Made by a program: the position numbers and the translations under genes. The notes beneath the pieces were generated by a model that was not told the origin of the DNA, searched no databases, and saw nothing but the letters and a program-made list of their open reading frames with translations. Of a DNA stretch of 64,000 nt, positions 28,897-39,291 are shown piece by piece. This DNA comes from an uncultured Rhodospirillaceae bacterium. GTDB lineage: Bacteria > Pseudomonadota > Alphaproteobacteria > JAEULC01. The DNA lies in NCBI GenBank assembly GCA_964557415.1, contig CAZLBB010000015.1, positions 616 through 64,615 on the forward strand, written 5' to 3'. How positions within the stretch are numbered: the stretch's first letter is position 1; the number at the start of each line of letters is the position of its first letter.

Positions 28897-30366
28897 ATGC
28901 GCCTGTTCGCTGCCACCATCGCCACCGAGACCAACACCTTCTCGCCGCTGCCGACCAGCATCGACGGCTACAAGGAGACGGTGTTCCTGCGGCCGGGCGA
29001 GCACCCGGACGACACGCCGCTGATGTGCACGGCGCCCTTGTGGGTGGCGCGCAAGCGGGCCAAGGCCGAGGGCTTCACGCTGATCGAGGGCAGCTGCTTC
29101 GCCGCCAGCCCGGCGGGGACCACCAACCGGGCCGACTACGAGCTCATGCGCGACGAGATCCTGGCGCAGCTCGAGGCCGCGCTGCCGGTCGACGGCGTGC
29201 TCTTGGGCCTGCACGGCGCCATGGTCGCGCACGGCTATGACGACGTCGAAGGCGACGTGATCGAGCGCGTGCGCGCGCTGGTCGGGCCCAAGGCGGTGAT
29301 CGGCGTCGAGCTGGATCCGCACTGCCACCTGACCCTGAAGCGCGTGAAGCTGTCGGACGTGATCGTGCTGTACAAGGAATTCCCGCACACCGACGTGGTC
29401 GAACGCGCCGAGGACGTGCTGGACATCGTGCTCAGGACGCTGCGCGGCAAGGTCAAGCCGGTCATGTCGGTCTACGACTGCCGGCAGATCAGCTCGTACC
29501 CGACGACGCTGCCGCTGATGCGCGGCTTCGTCGACAAGATCAAGGCCATGGAGGGCAAGGACGGCATCCTGTCCATCTCGATCGGCCATTGCTTCCCCTA
29601 TGCCGATGTCGAGGAGCTGGGCGGGCGCATCCTCGTGGTCATGGACGGCGACAAGAAGAAGGGCGACGCGCTGGCGACCGAGATCGGCAAGGAGTTCGTG
29701 TCGATGCGCGGCAAGACGATGCCGAGCTATTTCGGCATCGAGGAGGGCGTCAAGGCGGCGATGGAATCGAACGAGGCGCCGGTCGTGCTGGCCGACCCGG
29801 CCGACAATGCCGGCGGCGGCGCGCCGTCCGACAACACTTCGATCCTGCGCCGCCTGATGGAGCGGCAGGCGACGGACGCCGCGGTCGGCCCGATCTGGGA
29901 CCCGATCGCCGTGCGCCTGTGCTTCAACGCCGGGCTCGGCGCCGAGTTCGCCCTCAGGCTCGGCGGCAAGATCGGGCCGCGCTCGGGCGCGCCGATCGAC
30001 GCGATGGTCAAGGTCGTGGGCCTCAAGCGCGACTGCTGGCAGAGCTTCGGCCCGACGAAGGTTCCGCTCGGCGACTGCGCCGCCGTGCGAATCGGCGGCA
30101 TCGACGTGGTGCTGATCACCAGCCGCAGCCAGGCGCTGGGGCTCGAGCTGTTCACCAACCTGGGCATCGACCCGCGGCAGAAGAAGATCGTGCTGGTCAA
30201 GTCGACCAACCACTTCATGGCCGCCTTCGGACCGGTCGCCAAGCGCGTCATCTACATCGATTCCGACGGGCCGCTCAGCCGCGACTACCGCAAGATTCCC
30301 TATACCAAGGTCAAGCGCCCGATCTGGCCGCTCGACGCCGAAACCAGCCCGGGCCTGATCTTCTGA
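28897..30366 (+). CDS. M81-family metallopeptidase (MlrC/microcystinase C-like)
   Basis: Track ORF 28864..30366; likely ATG at 28897 (MRLFAATIATETNTF, typical MlrC N-terminus); last gene of the first peptide-ABC operon. Confidence 0.75.
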   Translation: MRLFAATIATETNTFSPLPTSIDGYKETVFLRPGEHPDDTPLMCTAPLWVARKRAKAEGFTLIEGSCFAASPAGTTNRADYELMRDEILAQLEAALPVDGVLLGLHGAMVAHGYDDVEGDVIERVRALVGPKAVIGVELDPHCHLTLKRVKLSDVIVLYKEFPHTDVVERAEDVLDIVLRTLRGKVKPVMSVYDCRQISSYPTTLPLMRGFVDKIKAMEGKDGILSISIGHCFPYADVEELGGRILVVMDGDKKKGDALATEIGKEFVSMRGKTMPSYFGIEEGVKAAMESNEAPVVLADPADNAGGGAPSDNTSILRRLMERQATDAAVGPIWDPIAVRLCFNAGLGAEFALRLGGKIGPRSGAPIDAMVKVVGLKRDCWQSFGPTKVPLGDCAAVRIGGIDVVLITSRSQALGLELFTNLGIDPRQKKIVLVKSTNHFMAAFGPVAKRVIYIDSDGPLSRDYRKIPYTKVKRPIWPLDAETSPGLIF

Positions 30367-30463
30367 TCGCGCCGGGACTTGCGGCCGGATGACAGCGATG
30401 CCTTAATCGTTCACCACGCAGGCCGGAGACGAGAACGAGCCTGTCCAACTTGGGAGGACTTCC

Positions 30464-32071
30464 ATGACCAGGATCACCCGCCGCGGCGCTCTCCAGACCG
30501 GGATTGCGGCTGCCGCCGTCGTCGGCGCGCCGTCCATCGTGCGCGGCCAGGCGAAGCCGAGCCCGGCACGCACGGTGCGCGCCGTGTTCCATGGCGACAT
30601 TCCGACCTACGACCCGATCTGGACCACGGCCAACATGACCGCCTACCACGGCGGCATGGTGTACGACACGCTGTTCGGGATCGACGCGCAGCAGCGGCCG
30701 CAGCCGCAGATGGTCAGCAAATGGGGCGTGTCGGACGACAAGCTGACCTACACGTTCGAGCTGCGCGACGGGCTGAAATGGCATGACGGCACGCCGGTCA
30801 CCACCGCCGACGTGGTGCCCTCGCTCAAGCGCTGGGCCGTGCGCGACGGCGGCGGCCAGCACATGATGCTGCGGGTCAAGGACATCGCCGCCAAGGACGC
30901 CAAGACCTTCACGATCCAGCTGAAGGAGCGCTACGGCCTGGTGCTGGACGTGCTGGCGAAGACCTCGACGCCGGTCTGCTTCATGATGCGCAAGAAGGAG
31001 GCCGAGACCGACCCGATGCAGAAGATCACCGAGGTCGTCGGCTCGGGCCCCTTCAAGCTGAACCTCGACGAGACCAAGCCCGGCACGCAGTACGTCTATG
31101 ACCGCAACCCGGACTACGTGCCGCGCAGCGAGCCGCCGGTCGGCATCGCCGGCGGCAAGAAGGTCAACCTCGACCGCGTGATCTTCGTCAACATGCCGGA
31201 CGCGCAGACCGCCGTCGCGGCGCTGCAGGCCGGCGAGATCGACTTCTACGAGGTGCCGCCGACCGACCTCCTGCCGCAGCTGGAAAGCGACAAGAACATC
31301 AAGATCGAGGTGCTGAACGCGCTCGGCAATGTCGGGCAGGTCCGGCCGAACTTCCTGCACCCGCCCTTCAACAACGAGAAGGCGCGCCAGGCGCTGCTCT
31401 ATCTCGTCAAGCAGTCCGACCACATGAAGGCGAGCTTCGGCGATTCCAAGTACGCTCGCACCTGCTCGTCCTTCTTCGGCATGGGCACGCCGATGGAGAA
31501 CGACGCCAACACGGATTGGTTCAAGGGCGGGCAGAACATCGCCAAGGCCAAGGAGCTGTTTAAGGAAGCCGGCTACGATGGGCGGCCGGTCGTGCTGATG
31601 CAGGCGACCAATATCGCCATCATGAGCAACGCCTCGCAGCTCCTGGCGCAGGAACTGCGCCAGGCGGGGATCAACGTGAAGCTCGAAGCCATGGACTGGT
31701 CGAACGTGGTGCAGCGCCGCGCCAACAAGGCGCCGCCCGACCAGGGCGGCTGGAATCTGTTCATCACCTGGTCCGGCGGCAACGCGATCGGCAATCCGAT
31801 CATCCTCAGCGCCCACGCGGCCACCGGCGACACGGCCTGGTTCGGCTGGCCCAAGGACGCCCTGCACGAGGAGCTGCGCACCAAGTGGGCGCTGGCGGAG
31901 ACGCTCGAGGAACGCAAGAAGATCGCGCGCGACATCCAGGCCAACGCGTGGAAGTTCGTGCCGCAGCTCTATTACGGCCAATGGGTGCAGCCGGCTGCGA
32001 TGCGCACCAGCATCAAGGGCGTCCTCCCCGTCGCCGAGATCATCCCGTGGTGGAACGTCACGAAGGGATGA
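30464..32071 (+). CDS. ABC transporter substrate-binding protein, family 5, Tat signal
   Basis: Track ORF, 535 aa; MTRITRRGALQTGIAAAAVVGAPSIVRGQA. Confidence 0.85.
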   Translation: MTRITRRGALQTGIAAAAVVGAPSIVRGQAKPSPARTVRAVFHGDIPTYDPIWTTANMTAYHGGMVYDTLFGIDAQQRPQPQMVSKWGVSDDKLTYTFELRDGLKWHDGTPVTTADVVPSLKRWAVRDGGGQHMMLRVKDIAAKDAKTFTIQLKERYGLVLDVLAKTSTPVCFMMRKKEAETDPMQKITEVVGSGPFKLNLDETKPGTQYVYDRNPDYVPRSEPPVGIAGGKKVNLDRVIFVNMPDAQTAVAALQAGEIDFYEVPPTDLLPQLESDKNIKIEVLNALGNVGQVRPNFLHPPFNNEKARQALLYLVKQSDHMKASFGDSKYARTCSSFFGMGTPMENDANTDWFKGGQNIAKAKELFKEAGYDGRPVVLMQATNIAIMSNASQLLAQELRQAGINVKLEAMDWSNVVQRRANKAPPDQGGWNLFITWSGGNAIGNPIILSAHAATGDTAWFGWPKDALHEELRTKWALAETLEERKKIARDIQANAWKFVPQLYYGQWVQPAAMRTSIKGVLPVAEIIPWWNVTKG

Positions 32072-32135
32072 GCGTCACTCCGGGCCGGATCATCGCGACT
32101 GGCGCCCGGGACCCGGCGTCGGGGACCCCGGGCGC

Positions 32136-33077
32136 ATGACCGCATACATCGTCCGCCGGCTGCTTTCGATGCTGCCGGTGATGGCGGTCGTCGCCCTGTT
32201 CGTGTTCCTGCTGCTGCGCCTGGCGCCGGGCGATCCGGCGGCGATCATCGCCGGCGACAATGCCACGCCCGCGAACATCGCCCAGATCCGCACCGCGCTG
32301 GGCCTCGACGAGCCGCTGTGGAAGCAGTTCCTTGTCTGGATCGGCAGCCTGGCGCAGGGCGATCTCGGCCGCTCGATGTTCTGGAACGATCCGGTCACCA
32401 CGCTGATCGGCCAGCGCGCCGAGCCGACCATCGCGCTCGCCTGCACGACGCTGCTCGTCGCCGTCGTGATCGCGATCACGCTCGGTGTCGTCGCCGCCGC
32501 GCGCGCCGGCACCATCGTCGATCGCCTGGTCATGGGCTTCGCCGTGATGGGCTTCTCGGTGCCGGTCTTCGTGGTCGGGTACCTGCTGATCTTCCTGTTC
32601 GCGATCCAGCTCAAGTGGCTGCCGGTGCAGGGCTACACGCCGATCGCCGAGGGATTCGCGCCGTGGCTGCGCAACCTGGTGCTGCCCTCGGTCGCGCTGG
32701 GCCTCGCCTATGTCGCGCTGATCGCCCGGATCACCCGCGCCACGATGCTGGACGTACTGGCCGAGGACTACATGCGCACCGCGCGGGCGAAGGGCGTGGC
32801 GCCGCGGCCGATGCTCCTGAAGCATGCGCTGAAGAACGCGGCCGTGCCGATCGTCACCGTCATCGGCATCGGCGTGGCGCTGCTGATCGGCGGCGTCGTG
32901 ATCACCGAGACCGTCTTCAACATCCCCGGCATCGGCCGGCTGGTGGTCGATGCCATCGCCCGGCGGGACTATCCGATCATCCAGGGCGTCATCATCATGT
33001 TCTCGGGCATCTATGTGCTCGTGAACCTGCTGGTCGACCTGTCCTACACGCTGCTCGACCCGCGGATCCGGTATTGA
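32136..33077 (+). CDS. ABC transporter permease (DppB-like)
   Basis: Track ORF, 313 aa; multi-TM. Confidence 0.85.
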   Translation: MTAYIVRRLLSMLPVMAVVALFVFLLLRLAPGDPAAIIAGDNATPANIAQIRTALGLDEPLWKQFLVWIGSLAQGDLGRSMFWNDPVTTLIGQRAEPTIALACTTLLVAVVIAITLGVVAAARAGTIVDRLVMGFAVMGFSVPVFVVGYLLIFLFAIQLKWLPVQGYTPIAEGFAPWLRNLVLPSVALGLAYVALIARITRATMLDVLAEDYMRTARAKGVAPRPMLLKHALKNAAVPIVTVIGIGVALLIGGVVITETVFNIPGIGRLVVDAIARRDYPIIQGVIIMFSGIYVLVNLLVDLSYTLLDPRIRY

Positions 33078-33078
33078 G

Positions 33079-33951
33079 ATGGCGAGCGTCGCCGAGATCG
33101 TCCGCGTGACCCCCGGCGCCGGCCGGCGCTTCTGGGTGTTCTGCCGCCGCAACCCGACCATCGTGCTGGGCGCCGCCCTCCTGGCGGCGATGACGGCGGT
33201 CGCAGTCGCGGCGCCCTGGATCGCCGGCGATCCGCGGCTGATGACGCCGACCAACCGCCTGCAGGCGCCGTCCGCGACCTTCTGGTTCGGCACCGACAAC
33301 CTGGGCCGCGACGTCTACGCGCGCAGCGTCTACGGCGCGCAGATCTCGCTGCTGGTCGGCCTGTCGGTCGCGATCGTCTCCGTCGTGGTGGGACTCGCGA
33401 TCGGACTCGCCGCCGGCTACTACCGCAGGGTCGACGGCGTGGTGATGCGCGTCATGGACGGGCTGATGGCGATTCCGGCCATCCTGCTCGCCATCGCGCT
33501 GGTATCCCTCAACAAGGCGAGCGTCTGGATCGTGATCGTCGCGATCTCGATCCCCGAGATTCCGCGCGTCGTGCGTCTGGTGCGCTCGGTCGTGCTGACC
33601 ACGCGCGAGCAGCCTTTCATCGAGGCAGCGGTCGGTGGCGGCAGCCGCGACCTCAAGATCATCGCCCGCCACATCCTGCCGTCGACCGTCGCCCCGCTGA
33701 TCGTGCAGGCGACCTACGTTACCGCCTCGGCCATCCTGATCGAGGCGGCCCTGTCGTTCCTCGGCGCCGGCGTGCCGCCGGAGATCCCGACCTGGGGCAA
33801 CATGATCGCCTCCAGCCGGCTGTTCCTGGCGCGTGCGCCCTGGACCATTTTCTTTCCCGGCGCGGCGCTGGCCCTGGTCATCCTGGCGGTCAACCTGATG
33901 GGCGACGGATTGCGCGACCGGCTCGACCCGCGCCTGGCGCGGCGCATGTGA
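33079..33951 (+). CDS. ABC transporter permease (DppC-like)
   Basis: Track ORF, 290 aa. Confidence 0.85.
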   Translation: MASVAEIVRVTPGAGRRFWVFCRRNPTIVLGAALLAAMTAVAVAAPWIAGDPRLMTPTNRLQAPSATFWFGTDNLGRDVYARSVYGAQISLLVGLSVAIVSVVVGLAIGLAAGYYRRVDGVVMRVMDGLMAIPAILLAIALVSLNKASVWIVIVAISIPEIPRVVRLVRSVVLTTREQPFIEAAVGGGSRDLKIIARHILPSTVAPLIVQATYVTASAILIEAALSFLGAGVPPEIPTWGNMIASSRLFLARAPWTIFFPGAALALVILAVNLMGDGLRDRLDPRLARRM

Positions 33952-34961
33952 CGATGCCGGACGCCGCGAGTCCCGACACGCCCCTGCTCTCGGTCGAGAG
34001 CCTGCGCACGCATTTCTTCACGCTCGACGGCGTCACAAGGGCGGTCGACGGGGTGGATCTCCAGATCCGCGCCGGCGAGACGCTCGGCATCGTCGGCGAG
34101 TCGGGCTGCGGCAAGAGCGTCACGGCGCTGTCGATCATGCGGCTGCTGCCTCCCCGGCTCGGCCGCATCGTCGCCGGCACGATCCGCTTCGAGGGGCAGG
34201 ATCTGGCGCAACTGGACGAAGCCGAGATGCGCAAGATCCGCGGCGACCGCATCGCCATGATCTTCCAGGAGCCGATGACCAGCCTGAACCCGGTGCTGAC
34301 CGTCGGCGACCAGATCGCCGAGGCGGTCACGATCCACCAGGGCAAGGACCGTTCCGCCGCGATGGCGCGCGCGGTCGAGATGCTGCGGCTCGTGCGCATC
34401 CCGGACGCCGAGCGCCGCGTGCGCGACTACCCGCACCAGTTCTCGGGCGGGATGCGCCAGCGCGTCATGATCGCCATGGCGCTGTCGTGCAATCCCAGGC
34501 TGCTGATCGCGGACGAGCCGACGACGGCGCTCGACGTCACCATCCAGGCGCAGATCCTCAAGCTGATGCTCGAGCTCAAGGGTGCGTTCGGCGCGGCGGT
34601 CATGCTGATCACGCACGACCTGGGCGTGGTAGCGGAGACCTGCCAGCGGGTCATCGTCATGTATGCCGGTCGCAAGGTCGAGGAGGCCGAGGTCACCGAG
34701 CTGTTCGACCGCCCGATCCATCCCTATACGCGCGGCCTGATGGCGTCCATTCCACGACGGCGGGGCGCCGCCCGCGCGCGGCGCCTGAAGGAAATCCCCG
34801 GCATCGTGCCCTCGCTGCGCGAGCCGATCCCCGGCTGCGCCTTCGCCGAGCGCTGCGCCTTCGCGACCGACCGATGCCGGCGCGAGGCGCCGCCCTTGGT
34901 CGCGAACGGGACCGGACACCTGGTCGCCTGCTGGGAAGTCGACCGGGTGCTGGCGGCATGA
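33948..34961 (+). CDS. ABC transporter ATP-binding protein (DppD-like)
   Basis: Track ORF, 337 aa; GESGCGKS; FSGGMRQR. Confidence 0.85.
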   Translation: MTMPDAASPDTPLLSVESLRTHFFTLDGVTRAVDGVDLQIRAGETLGIVGESGCGKSVTALSIMRLLPPRLGRIVAGTIRFEGQDLAQLDEAEMRKIRGDRIAMIFQEPMTSLNPVLTVGDQIAEAVTIHQGKDRSAAMARAVEMLRLVRIPDAERRVRDYPHQFSGGMRQRVMIAMALSCNPRLLIADEPTTALDVTIQAQILKLMLELKGAFGAAVMLITHDLGVVAETCQRVIVMYAGRKVEEAEVTELFDRPIHPYTRGLMASIPRRRGAARARRLKEIPGIVPSLREPIPGCAFAERCAFATDRCRREAPPLVANGTGHLVACWEVDRVLAA

Positions 34962-35938
34962 ACCGCCCCGCGCCGCTGCTCGAGGTCGAGGACCTGCGCA
35001 AGCACTTCCCGGTGCAGCGCGGCATCCTGCGCAAGACCGTGGCGTCGGTTCAGGCGGTCGACGGCGTCAGCTTCGCGATCGCGGCCGGCGAGACCCTCTG
35101 CCTCGTCGGCGAGTCCGGTTGCGGCAAGTCGACGGTCGGCAAGCTGGTCATGCGCTTCATCGAGCCGACCGCCGGGCGCGTGGTGCTGGAAGGCAGCGAC
35201 ATCACCGGGCTCGACCGCGAGCGGATGCGGCAGCATCGCCGGCACGTGCAGATGGTGTTCCAGGATCCCTACGCGTCGCTCAATCCCCGGCTGACGGCGG
35301 GGACGATCGTCGCCGAGCCCCTGGAGAATTTCGAGCGCCTGTCGCCCGATGCGCGCGAGGCCCGGGTCGCCGCGGTGCTCCAGCGCGTCGGCCTGCGCGC
35401 CGACGCCATGCGGCGCTATCCGTTCGAGTTCTCCGGCGGGCAGCGCCAGCGCCTGGGCATCGCGCGCGCGCTCGTCGTCAATCCCAAGCTGATCATCGCC
35501 GACGAGCCGGTCTCGGCGCTCGACGTCTCGGTGCAGGCGCAGGTGCTCAATCTGCTGATGGACCTGCAGGAGGAGTTCCGCCTGGCCTACCTGTTCGTCT
35601 CGCACGACCTCGGCGTGGTCGAGCATATTGGCCATCGCATCGCGGTGATGTATCTCGGACGGATCGTCGAGGTCGCGCCGAAGGAGGCGCTGTTCGAGAA
35701 GCCGCTGCATCCCTACACGCAGGCGCTGATCGACGCCGCGCCGCTGCCGGACCCGCGCGCGCGCCGGCAGCGCATGGTGATCGAGGGCGACGTGCCGAGC
35801 CCGATCAACCCGCCGCGCGGCTGCCGCTTCCACACGCGCTGCCCGCACGTCATGCCGGTCTGCCGCGAGGCCGAGCCGCCGACGACCGCGCCGGCGGCGG
35901 ACCGGCAGGTGGCGTGCCATCTTTTTCCCGCGGCGTGA
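34958..35938 (+). CDS. ABC transporter ATP-binding protein (DppF-like)
   Basis: In-frame part of track ORF 34487..35938 from [13 protein letters not shown]; ATGA overlap; C-terminal 25 aa identical to the 27893..28867 paralog. Confidence 0.85.
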   Translation: MNRPAPLLEVEDLRKHFPVQRGILRKTVASVQAVDGVSFAIAAGETLCLVGESGCGKSTVGKLVMRFIEPTAGRVVLEGSDITGLDRERMRQHRRHVQMVFQDPYASLNPRLTAGTIVAEPLENFERLSPDAREARVAAVLQRVGLRADAMRRYPFEFSGGQRQRLGIARALVVNPKLIIADEPVSALDVSVQAQVLNLLMDLQEEFRLAYLFVSHDLGVVEHIGHRIAVMYLGRIVEVAPKEALFEKPLHPYTQALIDAAPLPDPRARRQRMVIEGDVPSPINPPRGCRFHTRCPHVMPVCREAEPPTTAPAADRQVACHLFPAA

Positions 35939-35946
35939 GCGCGGCG

Positions 35947-36897
35947 ATGCTCACCCTGCGCCAGATCGAGGTCGTGCGCGCCATCATGGTGACGGGAACG
36001 GTCGGCGGCGCGGCGCGGCTGCTCAACGTCTCCTCGCCCGGCATCAGCCGGGTGATGAAGCACACCGAGAGCATTCTTGGCATCAAGCTGTTCAGCCGCC
36101 GCCACGGCCGCTACACGCCGACCCACGAGGCCAAGGACATCTTCAGCCAGATCAACGGCGTCTACGACAAGGTCGAAGACCTGCACTACGTCATCAGGCG
36201 GCTGGAGCGCGGCGCCGATTCCGAGCTGCGCATCGGCTCGGTGCCCAGCATCTCGAACGTCATGGTCCCGGCCGCCGTCGCCGACGTACGGCGGAAATAC
36301 CCGAACCTGGTGATCGACGTCGACATCCTCAAGATCGAGGAGGCGATCGACTACCTGTTGCTGGGCAAGGGCGAGGTCGTCGCCGTCAGCTACAAGTACG
36401 ATCACCCGATGCTGGCCTTCGAGGAGCTGGCGAAGGGACGGCTGCTCTGCATCGCGCCGCAGGGGCACGAGCTGGCGCGGCTCGACCGCGTGCCGGCCGC
36501 GCGCATCGTGCAATACCCGCTGATCGGCATCGACCCGAACGATCCCTACGGCCGGATCATGGCCGGCATCTTCGCCGAGCGGTCGCTGTCGTACGCGGTC
36601 GCGATCAAGGCCCGGTTCGGCTCGACGGTATGCGCCCTGGTGTCGCGCGGCCTCGGCATCGCCGTGATCGACGAGTTCACCGTCGCGGGCGGCAACTGGC
36701 CGGACATCCGCGCCATCCCGATCGCCGAACCGACCGAGTTCCAGACCTACATCGCCTTCCGCAAGGACGCCGTCCTGTCGAGCTACTGCGAGTACTTCAT
36801 CGCCGCACTGCGCGGCCGGATGGAGCGGCTCGGCGACCCCAAGTTGCGGCCCGCCGGCGCCCTGACACCGGCGCGGGGCCGGCGGGGAAAAAAGTAA
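35947..36897 (+). CDS. LysR-family transcriptional regulator (QsuR-like by context)
   Basis: In-frame part of track ORF 35119..36897 from MLTLRQIEVVRAIMVTGTVGGAARLLNVSSPGISRVMK (wHTH). Confidence 0.8.
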   Translation: MLTLRQIEVVRAIMVTGTVGGAARLLNVSSPGISRVMKHTESILGIKLFSRRHGRYTPTHEAKDIFSQINGVYDKVEDLHYVIRRLERGADSELRIGSVPSISNVMVPAAVADVRRKYPNLVIDVDILKIEEAIDYLLLGKGEVVAVSYKYDHPMLAFEELAKGRLLCIAPQGHELARLDRVPAARIVQYPLIGIDPNDPYGRIMAGIFAERSLSYAVAIKARFGSTVCALVSRGLGIAVIDEFTVAGGNWPDIRAIPIAEPTEFQTYIAFRKDAVLSSYCEYFIAALRGRMERLGDPKLRPAGALTPARGRRGKK

Positions 36898-37030
36898 CAT
36901 CAGGTTTGCTTTTGCCAAAATTTTGTTAATTGACGTTATGCGCGTGCAAGCGCAGACAGAATGTCCGCGTCTGGCGCGTCGCGCCTTGCGCCAAAGAAGT
37001 CGAAACCCGGACCATTCGAGGGAGGATGAC

Positions 37031-38170
37031 GTGAAGACACTCGTTGCCGGCCTGGCCTGCGCCGCCGGGCTTGCGCTGTCGGTTCCCGCGACCGCCCAGG
37101 ACACCATCAAGATCCCCAACATCATCGAGCTCTCGGGCGCCGGCGCGACCGTGGGCAACAACTGGAAGAACGGCGCCGACCTCGCCATCGCCGAGATCAA
37201 CGCGGCCGGCGGCATCCTCGGCAAGAAGATCGCGACGGAGGTCGTCGATACGGCCAGCGACCCGGGCAAGGCGCGCGCCGCCATCCAGCGCGCGCTCGAC
37301 CAGAAGCCGCTGGTGATCTTCGGGCCGATCTACTCGGGCTCGGTCAAGGCCACGATGCCGCTGACCGCCGAGGCCGAGGTGCCGCAGATTATGGGCGGCG
37401 AGGCCGGCGAGCTGACGGCGCTGGGGTCGAAGTACATCTTCCGCACCTCCTTCGGCCAGAACGTGTCGATGCCGAAGATCGCCAACTATCTGCGCGACGA
37501 GGTGAAGGCGAAGTCGGTCGCCGTCGTCTTCGTCAACAACGACTTCGGCAAGGGCGGCCGCAACGCCATCACCAAGGAGCTGACCAGCCGCAACATCAAG
37601 GTGGCGGCCGACATCTCGACCGAGTCCGGCCAGGCCGACTTCGCGTCCGACGTCGTCAAGCTCAAGGGCTCGGGCGCCGACGCCGCCTTCGTCTACCTGA
37701 ACGAGGAGGAGAGCGCGCGCTTCCTGCGCGAGGTGAAGAAGCAGGGCCTGACCATGCCGCTGATCGGCGAGACGACGCTGCTGGGCCAGAAGGTGATCGA
37801 CCTCGCCGGCGATGCCGCAAACGGCGTGAGGGGCCATGTGGGGCTCACGGTCGACGCGCCGATCCCGGCGATGCAGGAGTTCGGCAAGAAGTTCCAGGCC
37901 AAGTACAACTACAAGCCGGACCACAACGGCGTGAAGGGCTACATCGCGCCCTACATGGTCAAGGCCGCCGCCGAGAAGGCCGGCAAGCTCGACGCCAAGG
38001 CGATCGCCGCGGCGCTGCACGGCCTGACGATCACGCCCGACAAGGTGCCGGGCATCCTGATCGAGGCGACCTGGGACGAGACGGGCGAGATCGACCGCAT
38101 CAGCTTCCTGGCCGAGGTCAAGGACGGCAAGCAGGTCATCACGAAGACCCTGCCGAAGCTGAAGAAGTAG
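37031..38170 (+). CDS. HAAT-family (LivJ/LivK-like) ABC substrate-binding protein
   Basis: In-frame part of track ORF 36923..38170 from GTG (VKTLVAGLACAAGLALSVPATA signal); GAGGGAGG RBS-like stretch upstream. Confidence 0.8.
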   Translation: MKTLVAGLACAAGLALSVPATAQDTIKIPNIIELSGAGATVGNNWKNGADLAIAEINAAGGILGKKIATEVVDTASDPGKARAAIQRALDQKPLVIFGPIYSGSVKATMPLTAEAEVPQIMGGEAGELTALGSKYIFRTSFGQNVSMPKIANYLRDEVKAKSVAVVFVNNDFGKGGRNAITKELTSRNIKVAADISTESGQADFASDVVKLKGSGADAAFVYLNEEESARFLREVKKQGLTMPLIGETTLLGQKVIDLAGDAANGVRGHVGLTVDAPIPAMQEFGKKFQAKYNYKPDHNGVKGYIAPYMVKAAAEKAGKLDAKAIAAALHGLTITPDKVPGILIEATWDETGEIDRISFLAEVKDGKQVITKTLPKLKK

Positions 38171-38172
38171 TA

Positions 38173-38410
38173 GAGGGGAGGGGAAGGATGCTGGTCGTTC
38201 GGCGCCTTCCCCCCTCACCCGACTTCGGGTAAGGCGCGACCTGCGCTACGCTTCGGTCCCGCCTAACCCTTCGTATCCCTCTCCCCCCGCTGTCGCGGGT
38301 GGCGAGGGGCGGAATTCCTAACCCCTCGCCCCGCGAAGCGGGGAGAGGGAGGGGCCCGCCGAAGGCGGGAGGGTGAGGGGCCGGCGCGGAAGGCACCGAC
38401 GGGACTCGTT
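38173..38410. repeat. REP-like mosaic of G/C-rich imperfect palindromes between the SBP and permease genes
   Basis: Seen directly: GAGGGGAGGGGAAGG...CCTTCCCCCCTCACCC hairpin; CCCTCTCCCCCCGC / GCGGGTGGCGAGGGG and CCCCTCGCCCCGC / GCGGGGAGAGGGAGGGG arms; direct repeats of GGG(T/A)GG(C/G)GAGGGG. The only track ORF over it (38139..38453, minus) looks like a shadow ORF. Confidence 0.6.
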
Positions 38411-38412
38411 CC

Positions 38413-39291
38413 ATGGCCGATTTCCTCCAGCTCGTGATCGCCGGGCTCGCCACGGGCGCGATCTACGCGCTGGCGGCGATCGGGTTCACGCTGCTGTGGC
38501 AGACCTCGCAGACCATCAACTTCGCCCAGGGCGAGTTCGTCATGCTGCCGGCGTTCTTCGCCCTCGTGGGCATGAAGACGCTGGGGCTCCCGCTGTCGAT
38601 GGCGGCGCTGCTGGCCGTGACGGTGGCCATGTTCCTGCTCGGGTTCGCGTTCAAGCGGCTGATCGTCGATCCGCTGATCCGGCAGGGCGTGATCCCGCTG
38701 GTCATCTCCACCATCGCGGTCGGCCTGCTGCTCAAGGAAGGCACGCGCGAGTTCTACAGCGCCGAGGCGCAGCCGTTCCCGGCCCTGCTGCCGGAGACGC
38801 TCGTCAGCTTCCTGGGCGTCAGGATCTCGCTCGCGCAGCTCGGCGTGCTCGCCGTCGCCGTGGCCGCGATCGCGGCGCTGCAGTGGTTCCTCGCCGGCAC
38901 GCGCACCGGCCGGCAGATGCAGGCGACGGCGCAGAACCCGGGCGTGGCGCGCATCCTCGGCGTGCCGGTCGAGCGCATGGTGCTCTACACGTTCCTCATC
39001 AACGCCGCGCTGGCGGCGATCGCCTCGGTGCTGATCTCGCCGATCTACCTGGTGAAGTTCTCCAACGGCGAGATCCTCGGGCTTGCCGCCTTCGTCGCGG
39101 CGATCGTCGGCGGCTTCAACCAGGTGCGCGGCGCGATCGCCGGCGGCATCCTGGTCGGCATCATCGACAACCTCGCCGCCGCCTACGTGTCGGCGGCGTA
39201 CCGCCAGGCCGTGCCGCTGGCGCTGCTCGTGCTGGTCATCCTGTTCCGGCCGCAGGGCCTGCTCGGGCGGCGCGAGGAGCGCACGGTATGA
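38413..39291 (+). CDS. HAAT-family ABC permease (LivH-like)
   Basis: Track ORF, 292 aa. Confidence 0.85.
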   Translation: MADFLQLVIAGLATGAIYALAAIGFTLLWQTSQTINFAQGEFVMLPAFFALVGMKTLGLPLSMAALLAVTVAMFLLGFAFKRLIVDPLIRQGVIPLVISTIAVGLLLKEGTREFYSAEAQPFPALLPETLVSFLGVRISLAQLGVLAVAVAAIAALQWFLAGTRTGRQMQATAQNPGVARILGVPVERMVLYTFLINAALAAIASVLISPIYLVKFSNGEILGLAAFVAAIVGGFNQVRGAIAGGILVGIIDNLAAAYVSAAYRQAVPLALLVLVILFRPQGLLGRREERTV

